This document shows positions 12,200-22,324 of a stretch of 39,318 nucleotides of DNA, piece by piece; the first letter of the stretch is position 1; each line of letters starts with the position of its first letter. The stretch comes from Octopus bimaculoides. Its lineage: Eukaryota. The stretch covers positions 48,601,673 to 48,640,990 of the forward strand of contig NC_068990.1 in NCBI RefSeq assembly GCF_001194135.2. The letters run 5' to 3'. The notes below the pieces were generated by a model. The model was not told the origin of the DNA, made no database searches, and worked only from the letters and a program-made list of their open reading frames with translations. The position numbers and the translations under genes are program-made.

Positions 12200-13740
12200 A
12201 AGGCATATGGTCTAGTGGTTAGGGTGTTGCACTCACAACTGTATGATCAGGAGTTCAATTCCCAGACAGTGAAGGGTCTAGCACTCTTGAGTAAAACACT
12301 TCAATTCATATTCCTCCAGTCCACTCAGCTGCACAGGGTGTTCCATAAAGAATTCCTAATTGATTTTTAGTCATAATTTTTAATAAAGGGCATAAAACCC
12401 ATAAGTTCTTTACGAGTTAATTAAATATGGTCATGTAACATATTAAGATATGTTTCATTCAATATGTCTGCCTTTAACCTTCACAATCTCCTGAAGGCAG
12501 CTGAGAACAGAGTCACATGAATGCTGGACAACTTCTTCACTTAAATGATCCCATGACATGACTAAGGCTTTCTTCAGATATTTTTGTAGGAAATTCTTGA
12601 AGCATCACATTCCAGAATGGACCAAATAGCAAAGTCCATAGAGTTGACATCTGGGTTGGAGTGGGGGCCACACATTCTTGTCTCAGAACCCACTGAAATG
12701 GTTCCTGCACCAGTACTGAGTCATATTGGACTTATGAGGAGTGCTATCTTGTATGAACATGTAATTATCTCCAAATGCTTCAATCACCCATGGTAAAACA
12801 TTATCCTCCAACATTTTCATTTAAATTGTCAAATTGATCTTCAGCCCATCTTTAATGAACACCAGAGAAGATTTTCCACCATCAGATGACACGATTGCCA
12901 AAACCATCACTCTGGCAGGTTTCATCTAGCAAAACACTTTATGGATGCCTTCAGGAACAGCATCTGGCCTCATGGCAAAAATCCTGTCATTCTGAGTGTT
13001 CACTACAGCTTCCATGGAGAACATCTTTGTCACCGGTGCTCTGAATCTCCTCCTCTATTTTCTTGCACTTGTCCAGTTGCTTTGCTTTGAAAGTAGCTGA
13101 AATTAGGTGTTGACACTGCAATTTTAATGACTTACAATTTAAGTCTTCATACACCACCCACCGCATGGTTGTCTGGGAGATATCAAAACTTTTAGCCATT
13201 TGCATCATGCTTTGCCATGGATTTCACAACACTCTCTTTTGAACAACATCCACCAATTGTTTCGTCCTTACAGATCATTTTCGACCAGGGATCAGCTTGC
13301 TGTCGATTGAACTTGTCTCACTGTAGCTTTTCATGATAGTTTTTTGGGGGATCAACACCAACTTTTGAAGCCACATCTTTGGTTCTATTTCCTGATTTTT
13401 TTCAGAGCTATAATCTTACTTTGCCTGTTAGCTGCCATATTGAAATGATTTACTCACTGAATATAAACAAACAATGCAGTGTACAGGAACAATTGAATGT
13501 TGAGGAGCACATTTTTTATTATTTTTGTGCAGTTTCAAAATAAATTTAATAAAATAAACTTATTCAAATAATGAGGAATTCTTCATGGCACCCCTTGTAA
13601 ATGAGTTCCAGCAAAAGATGGAAAGTTAACCCTGTGATGGAGAAATATCCCATTCAATGGGGGAGTGTTGCAATCCCAGTTACTTATATACCATAGAACA
13701 TGGGTTAATCTCCAGCATTTTGAATCCTAGGGATCATGAC
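12200..13740 (+). mobile_element. tRNA-derived SINE (second family) split in two by a Tc1/mariner insertion
   Basis: The head has TGGTCTAGTGGTTAGG and a GAGTTCAATTCC box at 12207-12262. The body resumes after 13599 (AATGAGTTCC...AACCCTGTGATGGA). Confidence 0.65.
12334..13597 (-). mobile_element. Near full-length degenerate Tc1/mariner element, resembling the DD37D (maT) class
   Basis: Imperfect TIRs CAGGGTGTTCCATAAAGAATTCCT (12334-12357) and AGGAATTCTTCATGGCACCCCTTG (13574-13597), flanked by CA and TA. Minus-strand fragments include FIQDSTPHK, WPP.S.PDVNSMDFAIWSILE and the HTH-like MAKSFDISQTTMRWVVYEDL. Confidence 0.85.
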
Positions 13741-13749
13741 AAATTTAAG

Positions 13750-13792
13750 TATATCTACATACACACATACATATATATACACACACACACAC

Positions 13793-13875
<83 letters not shown>

Positions 13876-13965
13876 AGCACACAACTATACATACATATAC
13901 ACACACATATATGCACACACATATATACACAGACACATATACATAAACACACACACACACACACG
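13750..13965. repeat. Compound (TA)n/(CA)n microsatellite
   Basis: Direct reading. Confidence 0.95.
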
Positions 13966-14885
13966 TCATCATCATTTAACATCCATTGTCCATACTGGTA
14001 TAGGTTGGATGGTGTGACCAGAGCTGGCAAGGTGGTGGGCTGCACCAGATTCCAGTCTGATTTGGCATGGTTTCTACAGCTGGATGCTCTTCCTAACACC
14101 AACCACTGTACAGAGAGTGCTGAATGCTTCTATGTGGCACCATACAGGTGCTTTTACATGTTGCTGCACAGGCACTTTTATTTGTCGTTTGTATGTGTTA
14201 CAGTATGGGCACTTTTATGTGTCACAGCGTGGGTGCTTTTACGTGGCACTACCACGAGTGCTTTACATTACCAGAACGATCGGTCTTAACACTTCTGCTG
14301 CAGGGTACAGGTCTTCTTGAGTATGGCCAGGTACAGGTATCTCGGTTCTTTGTCATCTCACCTGAGGTCATTCTTCAGTACTTTATTATCCTATGTCTTC
14401 CTGGGTTTCCCACTTCCATGCGTTCCATCTACTTTGAGAGATTGGCACTTCTGTATGGAGCTGTCAGCATTCATCTGCATTACATGACCAAACCAGTGCA
14501 GCCACCTCTCTTACATACAGTAACAAATTCCTCTTATGCCTAACTTCTCTCTCAGGACACTGGCACTTTGTCAAACATGTACACTTATATTACACATCCA
14601 GCAGAGCATACTAGCCTCATTCTTTTCTAACCCTCGCATGTCATCTGCATTCAGAGGATGCCTCACTATCTTGTAGGATTGTTGTCTGTATACATGCATC
14701 ATACAATCTTCCTTTCAGAGAGAGAGAAACCTTTCATGGTTAACAGAGGTAACAGCTCTCTGAATTTTCTCCATCTTATTCTTATTCTAGTTATCACACT
14801 CTCTGTGTATCCTCCCCCACTACTAATTTGATCCCCTAAGTAGCAGAAATTATCTACTACCTCTGAGCAGTAGCCACCTGGGCTT
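13966..14885 (-). mobile_element. 5'-truncated RTE-clade LINE (RT C-terminus, 3' UTR and (TGA)n tail)
   Basis: Begins with TCATCATCATTTAAC, the reverse complement of the tail at 32487-32501. The interior is a diverged reverse-complement match to 31550-32110. Confidence 0.8.
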
Positions 14886-14982
14886 TTAAGAGAATCAATT
14901 TCTTGAGTCTCTAAAGTTTTTAAGGATCATGTACATCTTCCACATATGAAAACTATCTTCTCTGAAAACCTTCTAATTAGCC

Positions 14983-14990
<8 letters not shown>

Positions 14991-15069
<79 letters not shown>
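14991..15069. repeat. Long perfect (CA)n microsatellite
   Basis: Direct reading. Confidence 0.95.
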
Positions 15070-15071
<2 letters not shown>

Positions 15072-15829
15072 GAGCACAATCCCTCTCTGAAAGGAAAACC
15101 ATAGGCCTCACCTGGAATTAAACACCTTGAATTACTTCACCATCAAACTAAATACGTCTAGGAATATTGAACACATTGTATTGTACTTTCTATAATTTAT
15201 GTGAAATTAAATTTGTCTGCAACTTCTTTACTTTTAAATGTTCCCTTGAAAACAAGCTTAAAAAAGCCAAGGGTTTCTTTAGTTTAAAGTCAGTCAGCTT
15301 TTGCATCACAAATATGACTAGAGAAAAGTTGGCAGCAGGGGCAAATTCAAAACTTTTCATGGTACTTGATTAGATATTACTGAAGTAATCAACTTCTACC
15401 ACCATCACTTTTTTTAATATTTTATTTATTTTTATTGTAGATTAGTATTGGGACTACATTACTAGTTTGCATAAAGTTTACATTCTGTGCAGAGTTACAT
15501 GCAATAATATCAGCGAGTTATTTTTTTTTTAATATTAAATGTTTTAATAAGTAACATTTCCGACATGTAGTGAAGACTGCAAAGTTGCTTATCAAATATA
15601 AAGAAAAATATTTTTAAAAAAAGTAAAAAAAGAAACCCATGGTCCCCCATCTTGCAATGCAGTAGAAATATAACATTTTCATAGATGAGCAACTGAATTA
15701 AAAGAAATAACAAAATAAAACTTCACAGATAAAACTATAATGTAGACAATACAATCTGAAATTACTGTAATCCAAGATAACAGTAACAAAATTAAATAAG
15801 AAAGTAAAAAGGTGGATATAAAGAGCAAG

Positions 15830-16420
15830 GAGATGGGGAGAGTAGAGAGAGAGTGATCAGAAAATGGAGACAGTGTGAGAAGGCAGAGTGTGAGAGAGTA
15901 AGGAGGCAGAAAGAGAGAGAAAGGAGACAGAGAGAGGAGAAAGAAAGGTGTTAGAGAGAGAAGGGAAAAAGAAAGAAGACAGAGAGAGGAGAGAAAAGGA
16001 AAGGAGTTAGAGAGAGAAAGGAGACAGAGAGAGGAGAAAGAAAAAAAAGAGTTAGAGAGAGAGAGAGAAAGGAGAAAGTAAAAAGAGAAGGAAGAGAGCA
16101 GTGAGGTAAAGTAGGCAGGTGAAGAAGTAAAACGAGAAAAAAATCCGAGAGTGAGAGAGAAAGAGAGCAATAGAAAAATGGGCAAGAAAGAGTATAAGTA
16201 TCAAAAAGAAAGTCAGAGAAAAAGAGAAGAATATTTACAGTGATAAAGATAGAAGAGAGAGAGAGAGAGAGAGAGAAGGAGAGGAGAAAGGTAAAGAAAG
16301 AGAATAACTAAGGAAGAAGAGAAAAATAACAGAAAAAGAGTTCTATAGAAATATGCCAAGAGGAAAAGATTGAAATAATAGGAGAGATGGAGAGGACTGA
16401 GACAGAAAGTAATTTGAAAT
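15830..16420 (+). repeat. Purine-rich (GA/GAA) low-complexity minisatellite
   Basis: Almost only A and G on the + strand. AAGGAGACAGAGAGAGGAGAAAGAAA recurs near 15921 and 16018. Confidence 0.9.
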
Positions 16421-16981
16421 GTAAAGATTAACAGTTTTACCACAACAGTACAGTTCTTGAAGGTTTTGTTTCTTTTTTTTAAAAAAAGAAAACAAAGAAA
16501 TAATACAGTATCAGTGAAGAAACACTCTATAACATTTTGAAATTATTCAAGTAACAATGAATCTATAACTGTGTGCAGCAGTGAAATATCTGAATGAATA
16601 TAATGCCACATCATAGATGTATGTGCAAAATATTAATAGCAGGTACTTTGCTGTGTATATGTATAGTATACTTAATTCTACATGCCTTGCCTTAGTTCAC
16701 ATGGCTGTTTTATAGCTTACTGTTCTGTTATAAGTAAGATCAACAAAAAAAGTTGATTTTCAAATAGGACTAACCAGGTGCACGAAGCCTAAAAGATTGC
16801 TTGGAGATACAAGGCATGCTATAAATGGGTTGAATTACTGTGCCCGCATGACATGAAACCATTAGTGGCTCTTATTTTAATACTATTTACATTAAATGAT
16901 ATATATATACTGACCAGATAAGAGAAGTGAAAGAATAGCTGGGGGCACAGTAGGCTCTGTTTAATTCTTCTAATCCTTATT

Positions 16982-16983
<2 letters not shown>

Positions 16984-17050
<67 letters not shown>

Positions 17051-17058
17051 TGTGTGTG
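16984..17058. repeat. (GA)n followed by (GT)n microsatellite
   Basis: Direct reading. Confidence 0.95.
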
Positions 17059-17099
17059 TTTCTTGTCATGGACAACAAATGAGGGCTTAACAAAATAAA

Positions 17100-17530
17100 G
17101 TGGTACTCAAATTCTATGGGCACATATGCGTATCATGAGGCCTGCTGGTGCCTTGCAAACCTTTTGACAAATGGATCAAGTAGAGGGTTCAGTTTGCCCA
17201 AGTGCTTGTGGATCATTTACTTTGTGTTTTCTTGAGTAGACATCAAGGCCTGCTTTGCTTCATGCCACAAAACTACAATGTCAGGTAAGGTTTTTATTTA
17301 GAGAAGCAGCGATTTGCCAGCATGCCTTCATGTTTGCATGAAGTTGGTCCCAATATTGGAATCAACTTTGCTCAAACCTTTGAACTGATGCTTTGTCTTC
17401 CCAGGAAGAAAAGGTAATGTTGCATTGCTTCAGATTGTCTTTAGTTTGTCTTTGAAGTGCAAGAGTGGCCTTCCAACTGACCTTCTTACTGAGAATTGGT
17501 CAAAGAGAAGTTGCTTCAGAATTCTGATAT
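17100..17530 (-). mobile_element. RTE-BovB-like LINE C-terminal relic
   Basis: The minus strand gives DIRILKQLLFDQFSVRRSVGRPLLHFKDKLK, matching the RxPKQLLYG...GRPxxRFKD motif also seen at about 37360-37450. Confidence 0.6.
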
Positions 17531-17627
17531 CACCCAGGTGTGGCAGTGTAGCAGAGTGGTAAAATGTTTGCTTCCTACTGCATGATACAGATATACCTTG
17601 ATGTCCCCACAGCCTAAGGGTTAGATG

Positions 17628-18084
17628 GGTGCAAGCGTGGCTGTGTGGTAAGAAGGTAGCTTCCCAACCATATGGCTCTGAGTTCAGTCCCACTGGGTGA
17701 CACTTTAGGCAAATGTCTTGGGCTGACCAAAGCCTTGAGTGGATTTGGTAGATGAAAACTGAAAGAAGCCTGTTGTGTGTACATATGTATGTATATATAT
17801 ATTATGTGTATATATATATATATATATACACACACAAATATATATGTATGAATATATTTATGTGTGTGTGCATCTGTGTTTGTCACCCCACCATTTCTTG
17901 ACAACTGATGCTGGTGTGTTTATATCCTTGTAACTTAGTGGTTCGGCAAAAGAGACCAATAGAATAAGTACTAGGCTTACAAAGAATAAGTCCTGGGGTT
18001 GACATCTTTAACTATAACCCTTTTAGGTGGTGTTCCAACATGGTAGCAGTGAAATGACGGAAACAAATACAAGAATAAAAGAAT
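17628..18084 (+). mobile_element. tRNA-derived SINE, full-length copy
   Basis: Head GTGGCTGTGTGGTAAG...GAGTTCAGTCCC, internal (TA/TG)n, and AAGAATAAAAGAAT tail. Matches the other copies. Confidence 0.9.
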
Positions 18085-18259
18085 AGTTTCTCAAGGATAA
18101 GTTTATGAGGACAAAAGGCTGGCACAGTAAACTGTAAATAAACTTCCAGTAGAGCAAAACGAAACTACTGCTGTATTCTTCGCAAGAAAAATAATGAATC
18201 TTCACAATTTGGCATGGCTGCTGAAGCCCGTGGGCATAGCACCTGAAGATTTTATTCAG

Positions 18260-18380
18260 CCATTGAAATCATGCCAAAGTAGACTTTGGAGCCTGATATG
18301 GCCTTGGTGCTCACCAGACCCTGTCAAACTATCCAACCCATGCCAATATGAAAAGTAGCCTTCAAATGATGATGATAGTG
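18260..18380 (+). mobile_element. RTE 3'-tail fragment
   Basis: ATCCAACCCATGCC...AAATGATGATGAT resembles 32456-32501. Confidence 0.7.
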
Positions 18381-18394
18381 GTGATATATATCAA

Positions 18395-18742
18395 AGCCTT
18401 GTCAGAGGATTTGATAAATGGAAACTGAAAGAAGCCTGTCTTATATGTGTGTGTGTGAGCACCAAGGCCATATCAGGCTCCAAAGTCTACTTTGGCATGT
18501 GTGTGTGTGTATCTATGTGTGTGTGTGTATCTTTGTGTCTGTGTTTGTCCTCCACCACTGCTTCACAACCCGTGTTGGTGTGTTTGTGTCCCCATAACTT
18601 GATAGTTCAGCAAAAGACAGCGACAGAATAAGTACTAGGCTTAGAAAATATAAGTACTGGGGTCTATTCATTTGACTAAAAATTCAAAGTGATGCCCCAG
18701 CATGGTCATAGTCTAATGACTGAAACAAGTAAAAGATAAAAG

Positions 18743-18745
<3 letters not shown>
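18395..18745 (+). mobile_element. 5'-truncated tRNA-derived SINE carrying a 45-bp inverted insertion
   Basis: AAAGCCTTG...GAAACTGAAAGAAGCC...AAGTACTAGGCTT...TGACTGAAACAAGTAAAAGA. Positions 18455-18499 are the reverse complement of 18270-18314. Confidence 0.85.
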
Positions 18746-18781
<36 letters not shown>

Positions 18782-19585
18782 TATCTGGGGATGCAACCTG
18801 TGATAGATTAACATCCTATTCAAAAAGAGAGATTTATCTCACAAGTACTTCACCTCTTGAAATCAGAAATAAGCACCAGCTTTTAAAATTTTCTATGAAC
18901 CCAGAATGCTAATCCTATAAAAGTTATTTTCTGCTTATGTTTTCCCAGCAGATTTTTAACCAAATCAATTTTAGCAATCTTGGAGAGTCTCCAACAACAT
19001 TGGCAAGGCCCATCCTCTTAATTAGGACATTAAAAAAAAGTAAAATAACACTATATCTGCTCAGAGAACTCATTTCTAAAATTAGACCAACTCTACATTT
19101 TCTAATTTGATTGTCTGTTTGTAATTTTTCTCACTGAATGAAATTATTTAGAATTGCTATCAAAATATATCAATATCTACCAAGAAATAAATATGTGATG
19201 AGTAATAAGAAAGAAAATTTTATATTTATCAAGGACTCTTGTTATTTTCATTTTTAAAAAAAATATGGGGAGACAAATCTAGACATAGTTTTGTATTATT
19301 CTGACCTCAGCAAAGCATAACTTACTGTACTTGTGCAGCGATGAATATCTTACTAAGAAAATATACATGCCAATAAATATTCAATCTTAAAGATTTATTT
19401 ACTTATTCATTGCACACTACGTTCTATATTTAAAAGATGAGGAATTATGTACATTATTTACATTATTTACAATTGACAGATATTTGTCCTCATCTTGTTT
19501 GTTGTTATATACCCTCCAGCCTTCATCGTCTTGGGGAAATTTTGAACCTGGGTTCTCATTCCTAAGGTATTTTTCGATGTTGTTG

Positions 19586-19621
<36 letters not shown>

Positions 19622-19631
19622 TCACTGCCTG

Positions 19632-19685
19632 GAATCGAACTCGGAATCTTGGGGTTAGTAACCTGCGCTCTTAACCACTATGCCA
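19632..19685 (-). promoter_or_regulatory. tRNA-like Pol III internal promoter in the left pLTR
   Basis: A box TGGCATAGTGG (19685-19675) and B box GTTCGATTC (19640-19632) match TRGCNNARYGG and GTTCRANNC. Confidence 0.75.
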
Positions 19686-20311
19686 TATGCCCGTGGGCAA
19701 CTATGCAATGAATTTTAGGGTTTATAAATCTAATATTCTCCTATCCTTCATTAATACCAGTTCCCATATGTTGTTCATGTCTGCACTCAGTCTGCTTAGG
19801 AGGTTGTTGTGTCCTAGCATATGTGCTGCATCTTTCAGTTTTCGTATTTTCCAGTAGTGTTCTCTGTCTATTATTTTAACTTCATCTCACAGGGGGAGGT
19901 GGTCTCCATTTTTCCATACATGATCAGCTATACCTGATTTATCAATATCTCCCCGTGTCACAGCTTTGCAATGTTCCTCAACCCTTATTTTGAGGGGTCA
20001 GCATGTTTCGCCTTTGTATAACCTACCACAGCTGCATGGGATGGAGTACACGCAGTTCCTAGTCATATTCTCTTCTATTTGGTGGCTTTACTCAAAGGAG
20101 ATATCTGCGAAGTGTTGTATTACTTTTGAATACTGTCCTGATGTCATATGAGCCGCATATCTTTTGTATCTTTTCGGAGAGGCCTTTCACATAGGGTAGA
20201 CAGACTGTGGACAGTTTATCGGTTTCATCCACTCTTTTCTTCCTAATTGGAGTGGAGAGTATACTTTTGGGGTAGTTGTTGCTTAATAGAGTGTTACTGA
20301 GCTTGATCATT

Positions 20312-20321
20312 NNNNNNNNNN
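20312..20321. other. Assembly gap with an 81-bp overlap duplicated on either side
   Basis: 20231-20311 is identical to 20322-20402. Confidence 0.95.
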
Positions 20322-20909
20322 ACTCTTTTCTTCCTAATTGGAGTGGAGAGTATACTTTTGGGGTAGTTGTTGCTTAATAGAGTGTTACTGAGCTTGATCA
20401 TTTCTTTGTGGTGGGTATCACAATTGCTACTTATACTCATTGCTCAATGTTTTAGGCACTGAGCAATCCCTCTCTTTACACTGTATGGATGGTGGGAGCT
20501 GAAGTTGAGGTATTGTCCAGTATACGGATGTCCTGAATCCATACTTGGTGCATGTTATTAATACATCCAGGAATGCTCCCTGATAGTCTTTTCCTTTTTC
20601 CATTGTGAACTGTATGGATGGCTTTAATGTGTTCACATGATCTAACAGCACTTGGACATCTTCCTGGTGGGGCCAGAGTATGAAGGTGTCATCAACATAT
20701 TGCAGCCATAGGGTTGGTTTTAGTGGTGTTGAGAATTTAGCTTTAGGTTCAACACCTAAAATACGAAAACAGAAAGATGCAGCACACATGCTAGGACACA
20801 ACAACCTCCTAAGCAGACTGAGTGCAAGCATGAACCGATATTAAGGAAGGATAGGAGAATATTAGATTTATAAGCCCTAAAATTCACTGCATAATTGCCC
20901 ACGAGCATA

Positions 20910-20963
20910 TGGCATAGTGGTTAAGAGTGCAGGCTACTAACCCCAAAATTCCGAGTTCGATTC
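20910..20963 (+). promoter_or_regulatory. tRNA-like Pol III internal promoter in the right pLTR
   Basis: A box TGGCATAGTGG (20910-20920) and B box GTTCGATTC (20955-20963). Confidence 0.75.
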
Positions 20964-22324
20964 CAGGCAGTGACCTGAATAATAATAATAATAACAACAA
21001 CATCGAAAAATACCTTAGGAACAAGAACCCAGGTTCGAAATTTCCCCAAGACACCTGATAAAGGATGGAGGGTCTATCAGCCAAAACACTGTGTTAACAA
21101 CAAACAAGATGAGGACAAATATCCGTCAATTGTAAATAATATACATTGCACACTGATTTAGCAATTATGGAGGTTATACTTTCCTGAGAATGTCAGAATA
21201 ATTCTAAAATTTATCCAGAATTGTCTCCCAAACTTCCCTTAAAAATGAAAATGTTATCCATTGACTAATACCATTTTTTTCTCAATACATTTCAATATTT
21301 CCTGCACTAAATATGTTAACACAGACATAGCTATTGTTTAATATACACTTCCCATTCCACCCTTCTTCCCTACAGAACTATACTGAGACCACTCATAATG
21401 TTCTTTCTTCCAACTACCAACTAATAGAAATTAAATATTAATCACACTAACCTCAACAAACCATAACAAACTGACACTTTCTCATCACCTATCAAATATA
21501 CCCTGTATATAAAATTTGAGATGCATATTGTAGTGTGCATCTCAAATTTTATTATTTTTTCTAAGCATGCTCTTTCTCAAACAATTAATTACAATAACCT
21601 TGTGTTGGGAAGTTGCAGGTTTTCTGAGACATATTTTGGGGGAGAATGTGTCATATAAGCTAATCAAATATGACATATATTTTACAATGGCTTGGTCTGC
21701 TTGAAGGGGTTGTGTGCATGGCCCTTACGGGCCCTCTGGGACTGGTGAGATTGATATGGTTGATGTCTTTTTTGAACAACTACTAATTGACAGCTGTGAG
21801 GAAAATATCATAGTTATTCCAGTAATGAAATTAAATATGTATCAAAAAATAAAAATTGTATTATCAGCTACATTGTCTCAATAAACTTAACATATCTCAA
21901 CAAAAAAATAGTTTCAAATATGATATTCTTCAACAAAAGACAAACTTTGTAAAACTGCTTTCCATAGTTAAGGATAATGAAATTTTTTTAGTGGATATAT
22001 CTGATTCCTGCAGCAAAAGGGTTAAAACTTCAAAGCAAGTCCCTTTGAAAATTCATTAACTATAAATACTGGGCACCACATATGTAAATCATCACCAAAT
22101 ATAAAGTGATTTTATAATTGCTATGTCCAAGTAAAGAATATACAAAGATGCATGATCCAGAAGAATGACATTCTACAGAGGAAGGGCTACAAAAAAAAAA
22201 TAGGTTGTTGCTAGTAGGTGAGGTGTGTTCATAATGTTAGCAACTAGAAAAATGAAGAAATCAAATATAATCATTCCCATTGTTTTGCAGCTTCCACATA
22301 ACATGAAAGTCAATGGAAAATAGG

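Larger units (their letters stand above)
19419..21143 (-). mobile_element. Penelope-like element, 5'-truncated, with inverted pLTRs and an 11-bp target-site duplication
   Basis: The minus strand encodes RT (WLQYVDDTFILW, SIQFTME, FLDVLI) and a GIY-YIG endonuclease (NCVYSIPCSCGRLYKGETC*PLKIRVEEH), with stops. About 19453-19850 is inverted at 20758-21146. The direct repeat CATTGCACACT occurs at 19408-19418 and 21144-21154. Confidence 0.92.

Noticed and set aside
13657-14289. ORFs rich in HT, YI or CV repeats (also 5567, 6093, 7504, 12137, 17614 and 30147)
   Set aside because: They are translations of dinucleotide microsatellites and SINE sequence.
15679-16443. Leu/Ser/Phe-rich minus-strand ORFs resembling membrane proteins
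   Set aside because: They are artefacts of the polypyrimidine low-complexity tract.
19620-19692. Possible genuine tRNA gene (also about 20905-20975)
   Set aside because: A and B boxes are present, but the acceptor stem is not convincing and both copies lie inside a repeat. Treated as a tRNA-derived promoter, with no isotype assigned.
20231-20402. Apparent 81-bp tandem duplication in the PLE
   Set aside because: Identical copies flank a 10-N gap, the signature of an unmerged contig overlap.
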